From a virus, in the IMG/VR virus record IMGVR_UViG_3300050821_003619, positions 1 through 64,000 of that record: a DNA stretch of 64,000 bases; one strand, 5' to 3'. Position numbers and translations under genes: made by a program. The notes under the pieces were generated by a model. That model did no database searches. It was not told the DNA's origin and saw only the letters and a program-made list of their open reading frames with translations. Below are positions 9,445 through 18,227 of this stretch, piece after piece (position 1 is the first letter of the stretch; each line of letters begins with the position of its first letter).

Positions 9445-11112
9445 CTACTGGTTAATTATCTTTACTTGCCACTGAGGAATCTTCTCTTGCGTGAACATTG
9501 TGCTAGAATTTGCTTTATCCGATGCAAGTTTCATTAAGTAGAAGTGTCGTGCCAATGGGTCAAGAGTCTTTGCATGCTCTTCAACCTCTTGTTCTCGTGG
9601 CTTTTTGCGGCCAGCTAACTGACCGTACAGTCCGTATCTAAATCCGTCATAGCAGTCGTCGCCTTTGGCATTGACCTTAAGTACGTCATCCATAAGGTCA
9701 GGATCACGCATAAGTGCTGGAATAGATCGGATGATATCTTTACAATTATCTAGAATTACCAATTCACCGTTCTTCAGCATGTTATACATCAACGCTGCTG
9801 AACCTATACGATCCATGGTAGCTCTAGTTACTGCTGGTAAACCTACTACTCTTAATTCTCTTGAATACTCATCTGCAGGGCTATGTGCTGTTACTTGCTT
9901 AGAAAACTTTTCGTGAGAAAAGTAAATAGCTTTAGGAACTACTTCCATACCGTTAGGAAGCTTGCACATCTGCTTTAGGATAGAAGCCCATTCTTTGTGG
10001 GTCTTTCCTCCTGTCAGAACCATCTCTTTGAAACAAACTGTCTTAAGTTTATAATCGCCGTTTACCAACTTCACCATTGCTTTGGTGAAGAAATAAGCTG
10101 CGTTATAGTGACCACCCATAGACCAGTCTTGTGATGCCCATACCGGCTGGTACTGTTGCCATATGATGGCGTCTGGGTCCTCTCTTAAATTGATTACATG
10201 GTAATCCTCAGAGAACACATCAAAATATTGACCCTCTACTACTCCATCCAAACCAAGCAAAAGCTTATCGCGCTTTGCTTTTGGCATGCTGTTAAGACGG
10301 GAAAGTATAGCCGGGTCGCGTGCTAGCAATTTTAAATTGTCAAGTACTGTAGAGCGTTGGTATGCGTAAGCTTTTGGATCGTAGATAAGTCTCCACTCAC
10401 CAGCTTCCAGCACCCACCATGCTCCATTTTCGTCTTTACGTGCTTCCTCTGGTCGCTGCCATGGCTCTTTCTGCACGAATACTGTTCTGTAGTATTCATA
10501 ATGTGGACCGAGAGGGTTGGTGCAACCAACAATACACGGAATGGGCATGTGCCCATGAGCATTAGGCAAACAGGATGCATTAACTGTATTACGAGAATAT
10601 AGCATCATCCATGCTTCTGGTGAGAACTGACCACATTCGTCAACCAAGATGCCGGGATAAGCTTGTCCTAAGTACTGTTCAATATCTCTCTCTTTATTGT
10701 TCTGGCAATGACCAAACACAACGCGAGAGCCGTTAAAAAAAGTTGCTACGTGGCTTGTAGGGTTATACGTGTAAAGCTCTGGAGGAACGAAAGCCTTAAA
10801 ATCGGCAATAGCTCCACTTTCTAATTCCTTAAACGTACGTCTCAAAACCAATATGTCGCATTTTTCCCATGCTAAACAGTAGTTAATAACCAAGTACATT
10901 AACCAACCGCTAGTTTTACCGGATCGAATACCACCAACAGATAGACATTGAGGAGCTACAGGTAAATGGTAAATAATTCCATCTACCGATGTAGGACGAA
11001 TAAGTTCTGTCTGTTTAGGTTGGAACTCAAAAATCTTATTTAGATTTAGGGTGCCATCAGCATTCAAATATGCCGGTCTCGCCTTATCCTCAGTTGGTAC
11101 TTTGCGGGGCAT
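9445..11112 (-). CDS. terL: Terminase large subunit
   Basis: Walker A GGIRSGKT, Walker B ILVDE, CTNP coupling motif, C-terminal nuclease DDCYDGFRY. Confidence 0.92.
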   Translation of the reverse strand: MPRKVPTEDKARPAYLNADGTLNLNKIFEFQPKQTELIRPTSVDGIIYHLPVAPQCLSVGGIRSGKTSGWLMYLVINYCLAWEKCDILVLRRTFKELESGAIADFKAFVPPELYTYNPTSHVATFFNGSRVVFGHCQNNKERDIEQYLGQAYPGILVDECGQFSPEAWMMLYSRNTVNASCLPNAHGHMPIPCIVGCTNPLGPHYEYYRTVFVQKEPWQRPEEARKDENGAWWVLEAGEWRLIYDPKAYAYQRSTVLDNLKLLARDPAILSRLNSMPKAKRDKLLLGLDGVVEGQYFDVFSEDYHVINLREDPDAIIWQQYQPVWASQDWSMGGHYNAAYFFTKAMVKLVNGDYKLKTVCFKEMVLTGGKTHKEWASILKQMCKLPNGMEVVPKAIYFSHEKFSKQVTAHSPADEYSRELRVVGLPAVTRATMDRIGSAALMYNMLKNGELVILDNCKDIIRSIPALMRDPDLMDDVLKVNAKGDDCYDGFRYGLYGQLAGRKKPREQEVEEHAKTLDPLARHFYLMKLASDKANSSTMFTQEKIPQWQVKIINQ

Positions 11113-11122
11113 TTAAATCTTT

Positions 11123-11668
11123 CTACTGGTCGTTTGTCTCTACGCTGAGTACTTCGGCAAACGCAGGTTTATCCGGCTGTTTTTGTCTGTCTTCGTAGTT
11201 AACTACTTCTTTGTTCATGAGTTCTGGTCTCTCAAACACTACGAACTTAATGCCGGAAATCTTGTTGTCTTCTTTGTCTTCTTCAGTAAGACCGGGCTTA
11301 CCAACAAAGTGAAGCATAAGCCAGTCGGCCCACTGCTTAGATGCTGCTACCATTTTTGGATCAGGAGCTACAGGATTGCCCTTCTCATCTACACCGGGAT
11401 CATAGTTGGCCCACTTTATAGCGGTCTCCACCATGGCCTGTATTTCAGTCTTCTTAGCGCCTTCTTTGACCTTCATCATGGCCTTACGACCAATGCGCTT
11501 AATTTCTTGACTGCTAACCGGCATGGGTTTATTCTTACGAACAAACTTTCCTGAACTATCTTTCAGCCTTATGCTGGTCCCGTCACCCTTAGCATTCTTG
11601 ACTACGATAGCAGTTGTAGTTACCGCAGGTGTAGACGCCTGAGACAAGTCTATCGTGTCGTCACCCAT
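11123..11668 (-). CDS. Probable terminase small subunit
   Basis: Directly upstream of TerL, 181 aa, RLKDSSGKFV motif. Confidence 0.55.
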   Translation of the reverse strand: MGDDTIDLSQASTPAVTTTAIVVKNAKGDGTSIRLKDSSGKFVRKNKPMPVSSQEIKRIGRKAMMKVKEGAKKTEIQAMVETAIKWANYDPGVDEKGNPVAPDPKMVAASKQWADWLMLHFVGKPGLTEEDKEDNKISGIKFVVFERPELMNKEVVNYEDRQKQPDKPAFAEVLSVETNDQ

Positions 11669-11671
11669 AAT

Positions 11672-12025
11672 TTACTTACCTTGCTGCACTGCTTCTGGCA
11701 GCTTTCCAATGACTTCTTCTACAGAGTTATACACAAACTTTTTAATGTCAAATGCATACTTCTTTGCCAACTCTTCCATCTTTGCGTTGTATGAAGTACG
11801 CGCTTTGTTGGCTGCTTCCTGCACCTGCTGAATGCGGTTGCTTAGTTGCTGAATCTCCACCTGTGCCTTCAGGTACTCATTCTCTACTTTGGTCAACGCC
11901 AGCTTTTCAGTGGCTTCGATTTCAATCTTAATACGGTCATCGCCCTTCTTAACTTCGGCAACAACTTCTGCTACTTTCTCTTCAACCTTAGCAACTTCTT
12001 GCTTAACTTCTTCAATAACAGTCAT
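11672..12025 (-). CDS. Coiled-coil hypothetical protein
   Basis: RBS AGGAG; heptad repeats. Confidence 0.6.
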   Translation of the reverse strand: MTVIEEVKQEVAKVEEKVAEVVAEVKKGDDRIKIEIEATEKLALTKVENEYLKAQVEIQQLSNRIQQVQEAANKARTSYNAKMEELAKKYAFDIKKFVYNSVEEVIGKLPEAVQQGK

Positions 12026-12035
12026 TCTGAGTCTC

Positions 12036-12305
12036 CTATTTGTACAAATGAGTCGTAGTATATATCGAGAGCAGAGAACCTACGGTGGCTCCTATAGCTC
12101 CACCTACACCCGCTATCCACGTTCTCCATTCTTCTCTGTCCATCATCAACTTCCCGATCCAAAAGCATCCTAATGCTAAGGTTGGTTCTGTGATTGCGGT
12201 CCAGAAATAAGAACCCTGCGCTACCGCTCTCAGGTTAGCGCAGGTTATAAAGATAGCTAAAAAATCACTGAGGAACATTATGGCGAAGATTTCTCTTTGC
12301 TTCAT
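12036..12305 (-). CDS. Small membrane protein with ~3 TM segments (start MKQRE)
   Basis: Hydrophobic segments; GAGG upstream of the internal ATG. Confidence 0.55.
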   Translation of the reverse strand: MKQREIFAIMFLSDFLAIFITCANLRAVAQGSYFWTAITEPTLALGCFWIGKLMMDREEWRTWIAGVGGAIGATVGSLLSIYTTTHLYK

Positions 12306-12570
12306 GCTTCCTCTTTTTATTTCGTAATGCTTGAATCTCGTTAGGGTCCAATGCGGTATCGCCTGCCTCACTAGCAAAGTAGTAAGGGTTCAACAAAGGG
12401 TCAATTATCTCTTCCATTTGACAGTTGCCTGTCGAGCAGAATTCAAGACCACCAGACAGCGCTCGATGAGCCGACTTTTTGGTCAAGGCCCACGGCGCAT
12501 TTAGCGCGTTCGGACAACAAAAAAGGGTAGACCCTGTTGGGCCTACCCTCGTGTGTATAACTAACAATTT

Positions 12571-12645
12571 TGGTGGACAATGACGGCTACGCTCCGTCCT
12601 CCCTCGGGTGCAAGCCGAGAGTTTTCCTGAATAAACTAATCGCCC
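12571..12645 (-). tRNA. tRNA-Ala(UGC)
   Basis: Cloverleaf, loop CUUGCAC, G3:U70, CCA; atypical T-loop AGCGUAG. Confidence 0.85.
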
Positions 12646-12647
12646 AC

Positions 12648-13742
12648 TTAAAATGGTTCTGTGTAACGAAAGAATTTTATTAATCGTTCAAAGAAATTTT
12701 CTTTCTTACCATAAAGGAAATGAAACCATTTTTCAATACTTCTTTTATTGTGCTTAATCAAGGCTTTCGTGCCTTGTATCGCTGCATCGTCTCTTAATAA
12801 CAAGTTGATGCCTACTTCAGATATTTCTACCGCGTCATCGGCATCGGCTTTCCATGAATCTGGAGCCCAATATATCGCAGATGATACCACAGAAGGTACA
12901 CCGGCCAACACTCCGTCTGCCGTTACCATGTTGAAGGATTCCGTATAAGAAACCTGAATCAACAAATCCATGCTGCTTACCAGATGAATGAATTGATCCC
13001 ATGGCTGCCAGTTATGACGTACAAGGGTGAACCCCGGTATATTGTCGGTCATCTGGCCTATAGCTGGAGAAACTCTACCTTGGTCTCCTTCTCCACCGGA
13101 AGACATATGAAACTCTACAGGTACTTGAAGTTCTTTTTGTATAAGAACTGCAGCCGCTGTAGCAGTCATAAAGTTCTTCTCGGGACGTACTGCACCAAAT
13201 GCGCCGATCTTTATAGGACTAACACCGTCCCACGGCTCTTTTTGGCGCTGATATGTCAGCGGATAAAGATTAGGGAGAAGAACCGCTTCTCTCTCGTATG
13301 CTTTTTCAAACCACTCTACAAATCTTTCAGAGTTGCCACCAACTTTTAAGTTAGGATATTTCTCCGAAAGTTCTTGGTACTTTCTCAATAACTCTACACC
13401 TTCTGGGTCAGCTTGCAGAAACCCAACGTTTGAGTGAGAAAGTATAACAAATTCTATGTCTTTAAAATTTTTAACTAGAGACTTTAAATCATGAAGGCTA
13501 AGCCAAGGAGCAGATATAACTACGTGCGTGAGAGGCTTATCGTGGGTTTCGTTGTATTTATCAACGGCATGCACAATATCAACGTTGTGCCTTACAGGGA
13601 ACACGGTGACATCCACTCCGTATTCTCTTAGTACTTGCGCTGTGGTAAACCCTGCTACATTCAGTCCAACACAGCTAGTTCTTATCCATGCAGCAAAATC
13701 TTTAAATACCAGCGCTAATCTTACGTCTTCTGCCTTCTTCAT
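12648..13742 (-). CDS. Glycosyltransferase, GT-B fold (GT4-like)
   Basis: GAVRPEKN and SYTESFNMVTADG..GVPSV motifs. Confidence 0.75.
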   Translation of the reverse strand: MKKAEDVRLALVFKDFAAWIRTSCVGLNVAGFTTAQVLREYGVDVTVFPVRHNVDIVHAVDKYNETHDKPLTHVVISAPWLSLHDLKSLVKNFKDIEFVILSHSNVGFLQADPEGVELLRKYQELSEKYPNLKVGGNSERFVEWFEKAYEREAVLLPNLYPLTYQRQKEPWDGVSPIKIGAFGAVRPEKNFMTATAAAVLIQKELQVPVEFHMSSGGEGDQGRVSPAIGQMTDNIPGFTLVRHNWQPWDQFIHLVSSMDLLIQVSYTESFNMVTADGVLAGVPSVVSSAIYWAPDSWKADADDAVEISEVGINLLLRDDAAIQGTKALIKHNKRSIEKWFHFLYGKKENFFERLIKFFRYTEPF

Positions 13743-13857
13743 CTAATCCTTCTGGGGAAAGAGGGATTGCCGGGGTTCCTTTACGACGCCCAATCCCGGC
13801 GCGGACGTTTACAAATTGGTTGCGGCCTCCGGTAACGCTCCTAGGAGACCGCAAAAT

Positions 13858-13934
13858 TGGGTGCGGGAGCGAGAATCGAACTCGTCCATGTGATGCTTAT
13901 GAGACATCCGTAGCCACCAGACTACGTTCCCGCA
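13858..13934 (-). tRNA. tRNA-Met/Ile2(CAU)
   Basis: Loop CUCAUAA, T-loop UUCGAUU, CCA. Confidence 0.85.
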
Positions 13935-14187
13935 ATTTATACTCAATTATCCTGTGACAGTTAGCACACAATAGTATGCACTTCTTTAATTCCTCTAAAA
14001 TGCTTTCTCTACTATGTCTAAAAATTCCTGCACTAAGATTAAATCTTTTTGTGTCTGGGTTTACATGGTGAAAATCCATAACATACGATGGGAATTTATT
14101 GCCGCATCTGTTACATGGTTTATTTTTATATGTATCCAGCCACTCTCTTCGTTTCTTTATTGCCTTCTTAACTGTGCTATACGTGCT
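13897..14187 (-). CDS. HNH endonuclease; 3' end overlaps tRNA(CAU)
   Basis: PCNRCG...MDFHH...KCILLCANCHR. Confidence 0.8.
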   Translation of the reverse strand, partial: STYSTVKKAIKKRREWLDTYKNKPCNRCGNKFPSYVMDFHHVNPDTKRFNLSAGIFRHSRESILEELKKCILLCANCHRIIEYKLRERSLVATDVS

Positions 14188-14266
14188 CATCTTTTCTCTT
14201 TTCCGCAGAAAGATGAACAAGTGCGTCCGCAACCACCTGAGTTTTATCGTCTCAGGAACGTCAAAA

Positions 14267-14342
14267 TGGGGTGAGCAGTAGGATTCGAACCTACATAAGC
14301 CAATTTAGAAGATTGGTGCACGGTCCCTTATGCCATGCTCAC
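14267..14342 (-). tRNA. tRNA-Arg(UCU)
   Basis: Loop CUUCUAA, CCA. Confidence 0.9.
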
Positions 14343-14349
14343 GTAAAAT

Positions 14350-14427
14350 TGGTCGGCGCGGGAGGATTTGAACCTCCATATACTCGCGTCCAAGGCGAGG
14401 GGGTTAGCCAGATTACCCAACACACCG
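14350..14427 (-). tRNA. tRNA-Pro(UGG)
   Basis: Loop CUUGGAC, CCA. Confidence 0.9.
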
Positions 14428-14436
14428 AAAATTGTC

Positions 14437-14669
14437 TCATTAGGAACAGGCGAAAACAGAGCGGGAATCAACGTATTGACTACGCTGCTGTAGTTTCATC
14501 CGTGTATTCACCCTAAAGTATCGCCCGGAGGTGATTACTGTGAGTGACGGCTACAGGCTTCCCTAGCATTTTTAGACGTGCCTAGCGTTCCATACGGAGT
14601 TGACTGCCACCGAAGTGTCAGTGGTTTGCGTCATCAAGTATGAAGTATCTGTTTTCTACGCCATAATGA
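14437..14669 (-). ncRNA. Y-RNA-like RNA 1 (shared stem plus ~175-nt structured insert)
   Basis: 5' UGGCGUAGAAAACAGAUACUUC ... CUGUUUUCGCCUGUUCC 3'; near Ro60 gene. Confidence 0.7.
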
Positions 14670-14677
14670 AAATTTAT

Positions 14678-14812
14678 TAGATGCAGGAACAAGCGGTCAC
14701 AGAGATTTTAGCGCTCTGCCACTAAGCTACGGAGACCGAAGTCTCCGGTGGGAGTCGAACCCACGCCTCTTCATTAGCAGTGAAGTAACTGTGTCCTACG
14801 CCATGCAATCTA
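14678..14812 (-). ncRNA. yrlA: Y RNA 2, YrlA-type (shared stem plus permuted tRNA-like T/acceptor/D domain)
   Basis: Insert GUGGG-UUCGACU-CCCAC, CGGAGAC-UUCG-GUCUCCG, GCUU-AGUGGCA-GAGC; close to the TROVE gene. Confidence 0.85.
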
Positions 14813-14823
14813 AACTTAAAATT

Positions 14824-14895
14824 TGGTCGCCCCGCTGAGAGCAACCTCAGCCACCCTCCCCAATGGGAGTCGTGCCGCACTTACACCACAGAGCG
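14824..14895 (-). ncRNA. CCA-ended tRNA-like RNA with non-canonical anticodon and T loops
   Basis: Acceptor CGCUCUG/CGGGGCG-ACCA and D stem present; anticodon arm CUCCC-AUUG-GGGAG; T loop GUUGCU. Confidence 0.6.
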
Positions 14896-14903
14896 AACTC
14901 ATC

Positions 14904-14990
14904 GTGGGAACAAACGATTACAGAGATTATAAGCTCGTATTAGGAGCTTCTCTTGTTAATGGTAAGAAGTAACTGTAATCTACGCCACAC
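14904..14990 (-). ncRNA. Y-RNA-like RNA 3 (shared stem plus short hairpin insert)
   Basis: UGGCGUAGAUUACAGUUACUUC ... CUGUAAUCGUUUGUUCC; starts ~12 nt after the TROVE stop. Confidence 0.75.
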
Positions 14991-15002
14991 AAACTTTATA
15001 AC

Positions 15003-16319
15003 TTATTCGTTTTCGTAAGCCTGAATCCAATTTACTACAGATTCCGACCATCCGTCAAGGTGGCTCCATTTTCCGTATCCGATACCGTTCTGATAAGAAG
15101 CCACATTGATCACGTATCCTACACCGTTAGGTGTAGATACTGTCTGATGCGATTGCTCATCAGTAACGATGATGATACGGTCGTAACCACGGGCATCAGC
15201 TACTCTTTTCGCTGATTCCGTGTTGGTTGACCCGTGGCTTGTAGCGTTCTTAATTGCATCTCGAAGCGCAAAACCTCTACGGGCTGGAACCAAAACGGGA
15301 GAATTTGAAAACGAAAGAACTTCTACGTCTTCACAAATCTCACGAAGGAGAATAGCCAGAGCACAAGCCGCATCACTGCGGTCGATCTCACTCTTTGCCG
15401 AAACTGGGGTACCGTACATGCTACCAGAGTTATCTACAAGAAGAATCGTCTTGCCCTTTAGCTTAGGCATCTTCTCCAATGCCTTGAACATAGCCTGCTC
15501 TAATTCAGGCTCTAGGTCTGGGGCATACTTCGCCGCAGAAATGAATCTGAATGGCAGCACTCTGCTCACATCAATCTTTCTCAAGGCGCTCTTGATCAGC
15601 GTCTTGCTTACCCCAGACTGCTCCATATTGCGAAGGTTACGCAATAGAGCCAACGCTCCAAGCTTCTCTTCTTCGATCAGTCGCGTAAAGGTTTCACCCT
15701 TGTCAGCGCCTCCTGAGAGAGCAACTTCCCACGTATCTGGCGTCTTCAATTCGTTATTGACAACCTTCTTGAAAAGCTTTTCCTGTTTCTTATTCTCAGG
15801 CTTAGCGTGAGAAAGGAAAAGAACATCGCGCAGCTTTACTGCACCGTCACGGTTGTACTTAGCAAGTGCATACTCTTCGAACTTACCGAAGGCTCGCGCC
15901 AATCCACGCTTACTCTGCGCTGATAAAGGCTCCTTGCCGTCTTTCCAATAGATTGCCACGTACTCAGTCAACTCATCTGGGCGCTGAATTACGCGTTCCA
16001 GAAGTTCCGCTACGTACTGACGCTCAGTCACTTTTGGGTGACGGGCCAGTTCACGCGCTAACAATAGAGGTACGTGACGTAGCTTCATTTCTTCTCTCGC
16101 CTTAACAGCGATGTCAGCTACGGTTTTGCCGGGAAGCGAGTGCACCAGCGTCTTAATACGCTCTGCGATTGCCTGCCCGTCTTCATAAAATTGGTCTTCC
16201 CAAAGCATGCACGCCATTACTGAGCGCTCTAATTCTTTTGCTTTGGTGATTTTCTTTGCAACTGCACCTTCATGTGTGAAGATAGGTGCAGACTTTACTG
16301 CTCTGTTTAGGGTAGCCAT
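15003..16319 (-). CDS. rsr: Ro60/Rsr TROVE-domain RNA-binding protein with vWA domain
   Basis: QRPDEL, LAKYNR, LRDVLFLSH, TWEVALS, ALLRNLRN, RVLPFRF, MIDAS DNSGSM, IVTDEQ. Confidence 0.95.
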   Translation of the reverse strand: MATLNRAVKSAPIFTHEGAVAKKITKAKELERSVMACMLWEDQFYEDGQAIAERIKTLVHSLPGKTVADIAVKAREEMKLRHVPLLLARELARHPKVTERQYVAELLERVIQRPDELTEYVAIYWKDGKEPLSAQSKRGLARAFGKFEEYALAKYNRDGAVKLRDVLFLSHAKPENKKQEKLFKKVVNNELKTPDTWEVALSGGADKGETFTRLIEEEKLGALALLRNLRNMEQSGVSKTLIKSALRKIDVSRVLPFRFISAAKYAPDLEPELEQAMFKALEKMPKLKGKTILLVDNSGSMYGTPVSAKSEIDRSDAACALAILLREICEDVEVLSFSNSPVLVPARRGFALRDAIKNATSHGSTNTESAKRVADARGYDRIIIVTDEQSHQTVSTPNGVGYVINVASYQNGIGYGKWSHLDGWSESVVNWIQAYENE

Positions 16320-16363
16320 AAACACTCCTGAGTCAAATTTATACTTCTACTGCCGAACAAAAT

Positions 16364-16439
16364 TGGCATGAGATGCAGGATTCGAACCCGCACGATTCGT
16401 TTTGGAGACGAACATGCTGCCGTTAAACATCAATCTCAT
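16364..16439 (-). tRNA. tRNA-Trp(CCA)
   Basis: Loop CUCCAAA. Confidence 0.9.
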
Positions 16440-16442
16440 ATA

Positions 16443-16518
16443 TGGAGCGAAGCACGAGATTTGCACTCGTTCCGTTTGGTTGGAAGCCAAACATGCTGCT
16501 GTTAAACACCAGCCTCGC
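16443..16518 (-). tRNA. tRNA-Gly(UCC)
   Basis: Loop CUUCCAA. Confidence 0.9.
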
Positions 16519-16519
16519 G

Positions 16520-16593
16520 TGGAGCGAACTGAGAGAATCGCACTCTCGCCTAGTCGTTGGCAACGACCGGTTCTACTACTAAACTAAGCTCGC
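16520..16593 (-). tRNA. tRNA-Gly(GCC)
   Basis: Loop UUGCCAA. Confidence 0.88.
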
Positions 16594-16664
16594 TCAAGTA
16601 GCCGAAGGCGACACCCAACGACATCTGCGGGGAATTACAACGCTGAATCAGCTACTAAATAAAA

Positions 16665-16741
16665 TGGCGACCTGTATGGGATTCGAACCCATGATCTGTC
16701 CCGTGACAGGGGACTGGGGACAGCCACTCCCCTAACAAGCC
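16665..16741 (-). tRNA. tRNA-Asp(GUC)
   Basis: Loop CUGUCAC. Confidence 0.9.
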
Positions 16742-16742
16742 G

Positions 16743-16836
16743 TGGACGAGAGTGCGAGATTCGAACTCGCGGCCCCTTTCATCAAGGAAGCGGCGGTTTT
16801 CAAGACCGTTGCATTAATCCGCTCTGCCAACTCTCG
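16743..16836 (-). tRNA. tRNA-Ser(UGA)
   Basis: Loop CUUGAAA, long variable arm. Confidence 0.9.
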
Positions 16837-16845
16837 GTTTCAAAC

Positions 16846-16938
16846 TGGATGAGAGTAAGGGATTCGAACCCTTGGACCCCATTGCTGGGCATCACATGTT
16901 TAGCAAACATGCTCGATAAACCACTCTGACAACTCTCA
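16846..16938 (-). tRNA. tRNA-Ser(GCU)
   Basis: Loop UUGCUAA, long variable arm. Confidence 0.9.
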
Positions 16939-17037
16939 ATAAATTTTGTGAGGCTGAGAGGTAACGAATGCTCTCAATTAAGTTTTAACGTTCATGCTTA
17001 CGCAATTTACGGCGCTACCGTACAACACCTCTAAACT

Positions 17038-17113
17038 TGGTCACTCATGCGGAAGTCGAATCCGCGTCACTTCCTTGAGAGGGAAGTATCCTAAGCCACT
17101 AGACGAATAAGTG
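17038..17113 (-). tRNA. tRNA-Glu(CUC)
   Basis: Loop CUCUCAA. Confidence 0.88.
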
Positions 17114-17169
17114 ATAGATGTGGATTTCGCAGTGCTGCCCACATCGGCCTGCACTCGGCCTTTGCAAAA

Positions 17170-17244
17170 TGGAGGTCCCACAGGGAATTGCACCCTGATC
17201 TAAAAGTTCGTAGCTTTTCATCCTATCTGTTGAACGATAGAACC
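17170..17244 (-). tRNA. tRNA-Arg(ACG)
   Basis: Loop CUACGAA. Confidence 0.88.
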
Positions 17245-17391
17245 TCATAAAATCGGTGCCGCAGAAACTTATTGCTTTTCTTTGTACTTCAGCATTGAGC
17301 AACATCGGTTACCCTGCGGCTAAAATTTGGGTGGGTTTTTTACGGTCTTCTCAGAATCCAATACCCACCCCATCTTCAAGATTCATAAATT

Positions 17392-17467
17392 TGGTGTCTC
17401 GTGCGGGATTCAAACCCGCGTCAAAAGCTTGAAAGGCTTCCATCCTAGATCACTAGACGAACAAGAC
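17392..17467 (-). tRNA. tRNA-Glu(UUC)
   Basis: Loop CUUUCAA. Confidence 0.88.
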
Positions 17468-17468
17468 A

Positions 17469-17543
17469 TGGCTCCTACCGCTGGATTCGAACCAGCACCC
17501 TACGCATTAACAGTGCGCTATCCTGCCGTTAGACCAGATAGGA
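17469..17543 (-). tRNA. tRNA-Asn(GUU)
   Basis: Loop CUGUUAA. Confidence 0.88.
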
Positions 17544-17558
17544 ACATTACAATTAAAT

Positions 17559-17646
17559 TGGTGCACGCTGATGGATTCGAACCACCAATAGCTCTTAGAG
17601 CCGGGAGGGTTACAGCCTCCTGCAATAGCCGTTATGCGAAACGTGC
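17559..17646 (-). tRNA. tRNA-Tyr(GUA)
   Basis: Loop CUGUAAC, long variable arm. Confidence 0.88.
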
Positions 17647-17653
17647 ATTTAAA

Positions 17654-17728
17654 TGGTGACCACTGGAGCGCTCGCATCTCCGTCCACGGGGTTTCAATCC
17701 GTTGCTATGCTATCTCAGCTAAGAGGCC
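17654..17728 (-). tRNA. tRNA-Phe(GAA), atypical T arm
   Basis: Loop UUGAAAC; enlarged T loop. Confidence 0.7.
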
Positions 17729-17742
17729 ATAAAATTTATTCA

Positions 17743-17801
17743 CGGGAACAAACGTGTACGGTGTATTTTCATCCAAAGAAGTAACCGTACACAACACCAC
17801 G
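17743..17801 (-). ncRNA. Y-RNA-like RNA 4 (minimal: shared stem with ~15-nt loop)
   Basis: UGGUGUUGUGUACGGUUACUUC ... CCGUACACGUUUGUUCC with compensatory changes. Confidence 0.65.
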
Positions 17802-17807
17802 CAAATA

Positions 17808-17881
17808 TGGAAGCCCCGCAAGGATTTGCACCTTGGTTAGAAAGGTCAAAGCTTTCCGTCCTGCTCTTGAACGACAGGGCT
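17808..17881 (-). tRNA. tRNA-Gln(UUG)
   Basis: Loop CUUUGAC. Confidence 0.88.
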
Positions 17882-17970
17882 ATAAAAATTTGAGGCAGGA
17901 TTTACATACGTTGCAGTTCCATTATCCAACGTAAGACCTAAATACCGAATGGATGCGGTTGCCTCAAAAC

Positions 17971-18044
17971 TGGTAGGCAAGGAGTGAGTTGCACACTCAT
18001 TTCACTCTAATCAGGAGTGCTGTCTGCTGTTGACGTACTCGCCT
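17971..18044 (-). tRNA. tRNA-Ile(GAU)
   Basis: Loop CUGAUUA (U37 unusual). Confidence 0.8.
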
Positions 18045-18045
18045 A

Positions 18046-18131
18046 TGGTCCGAAAGAAGAGAGTCGAACTCTTATGCATTTACTGCGGCAGTTTTTGAGA
18101 CTGCTGTGTCTGCCTGTTCCACCACTCTCGG
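18046..18131 (-). tRNA. tRNA-Leu(CAA)
   Basis: Loop CUCAAAA, variable arm. Confidence 0.88.
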
Positions 18132-18140
18132 ATTTAAAAT

Positions 18141-18225
18141 TGGTCTCGAAGATGGGACTCGCACCCATACGCCTGACGGCAGAAGTTTTTAAGACTTCCG
18201 TGTCTGCTAATTCCACCACGACGAG
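18141..18225 (-). tRNA. tRNA-Leu(UAA)
   Basis: Loop CUUAAAA, variable arm. Confidence 0.88.
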
Positions 18226-18227
18226 AT

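Noticed and set aside
14465-14640. Hammerhead ribozyme in Y-like RNA 1 (GAAACUAC...GUAGUC)
   Set aside because: No CUGANGA core with valid stems I and II; the same bases fit another helix.
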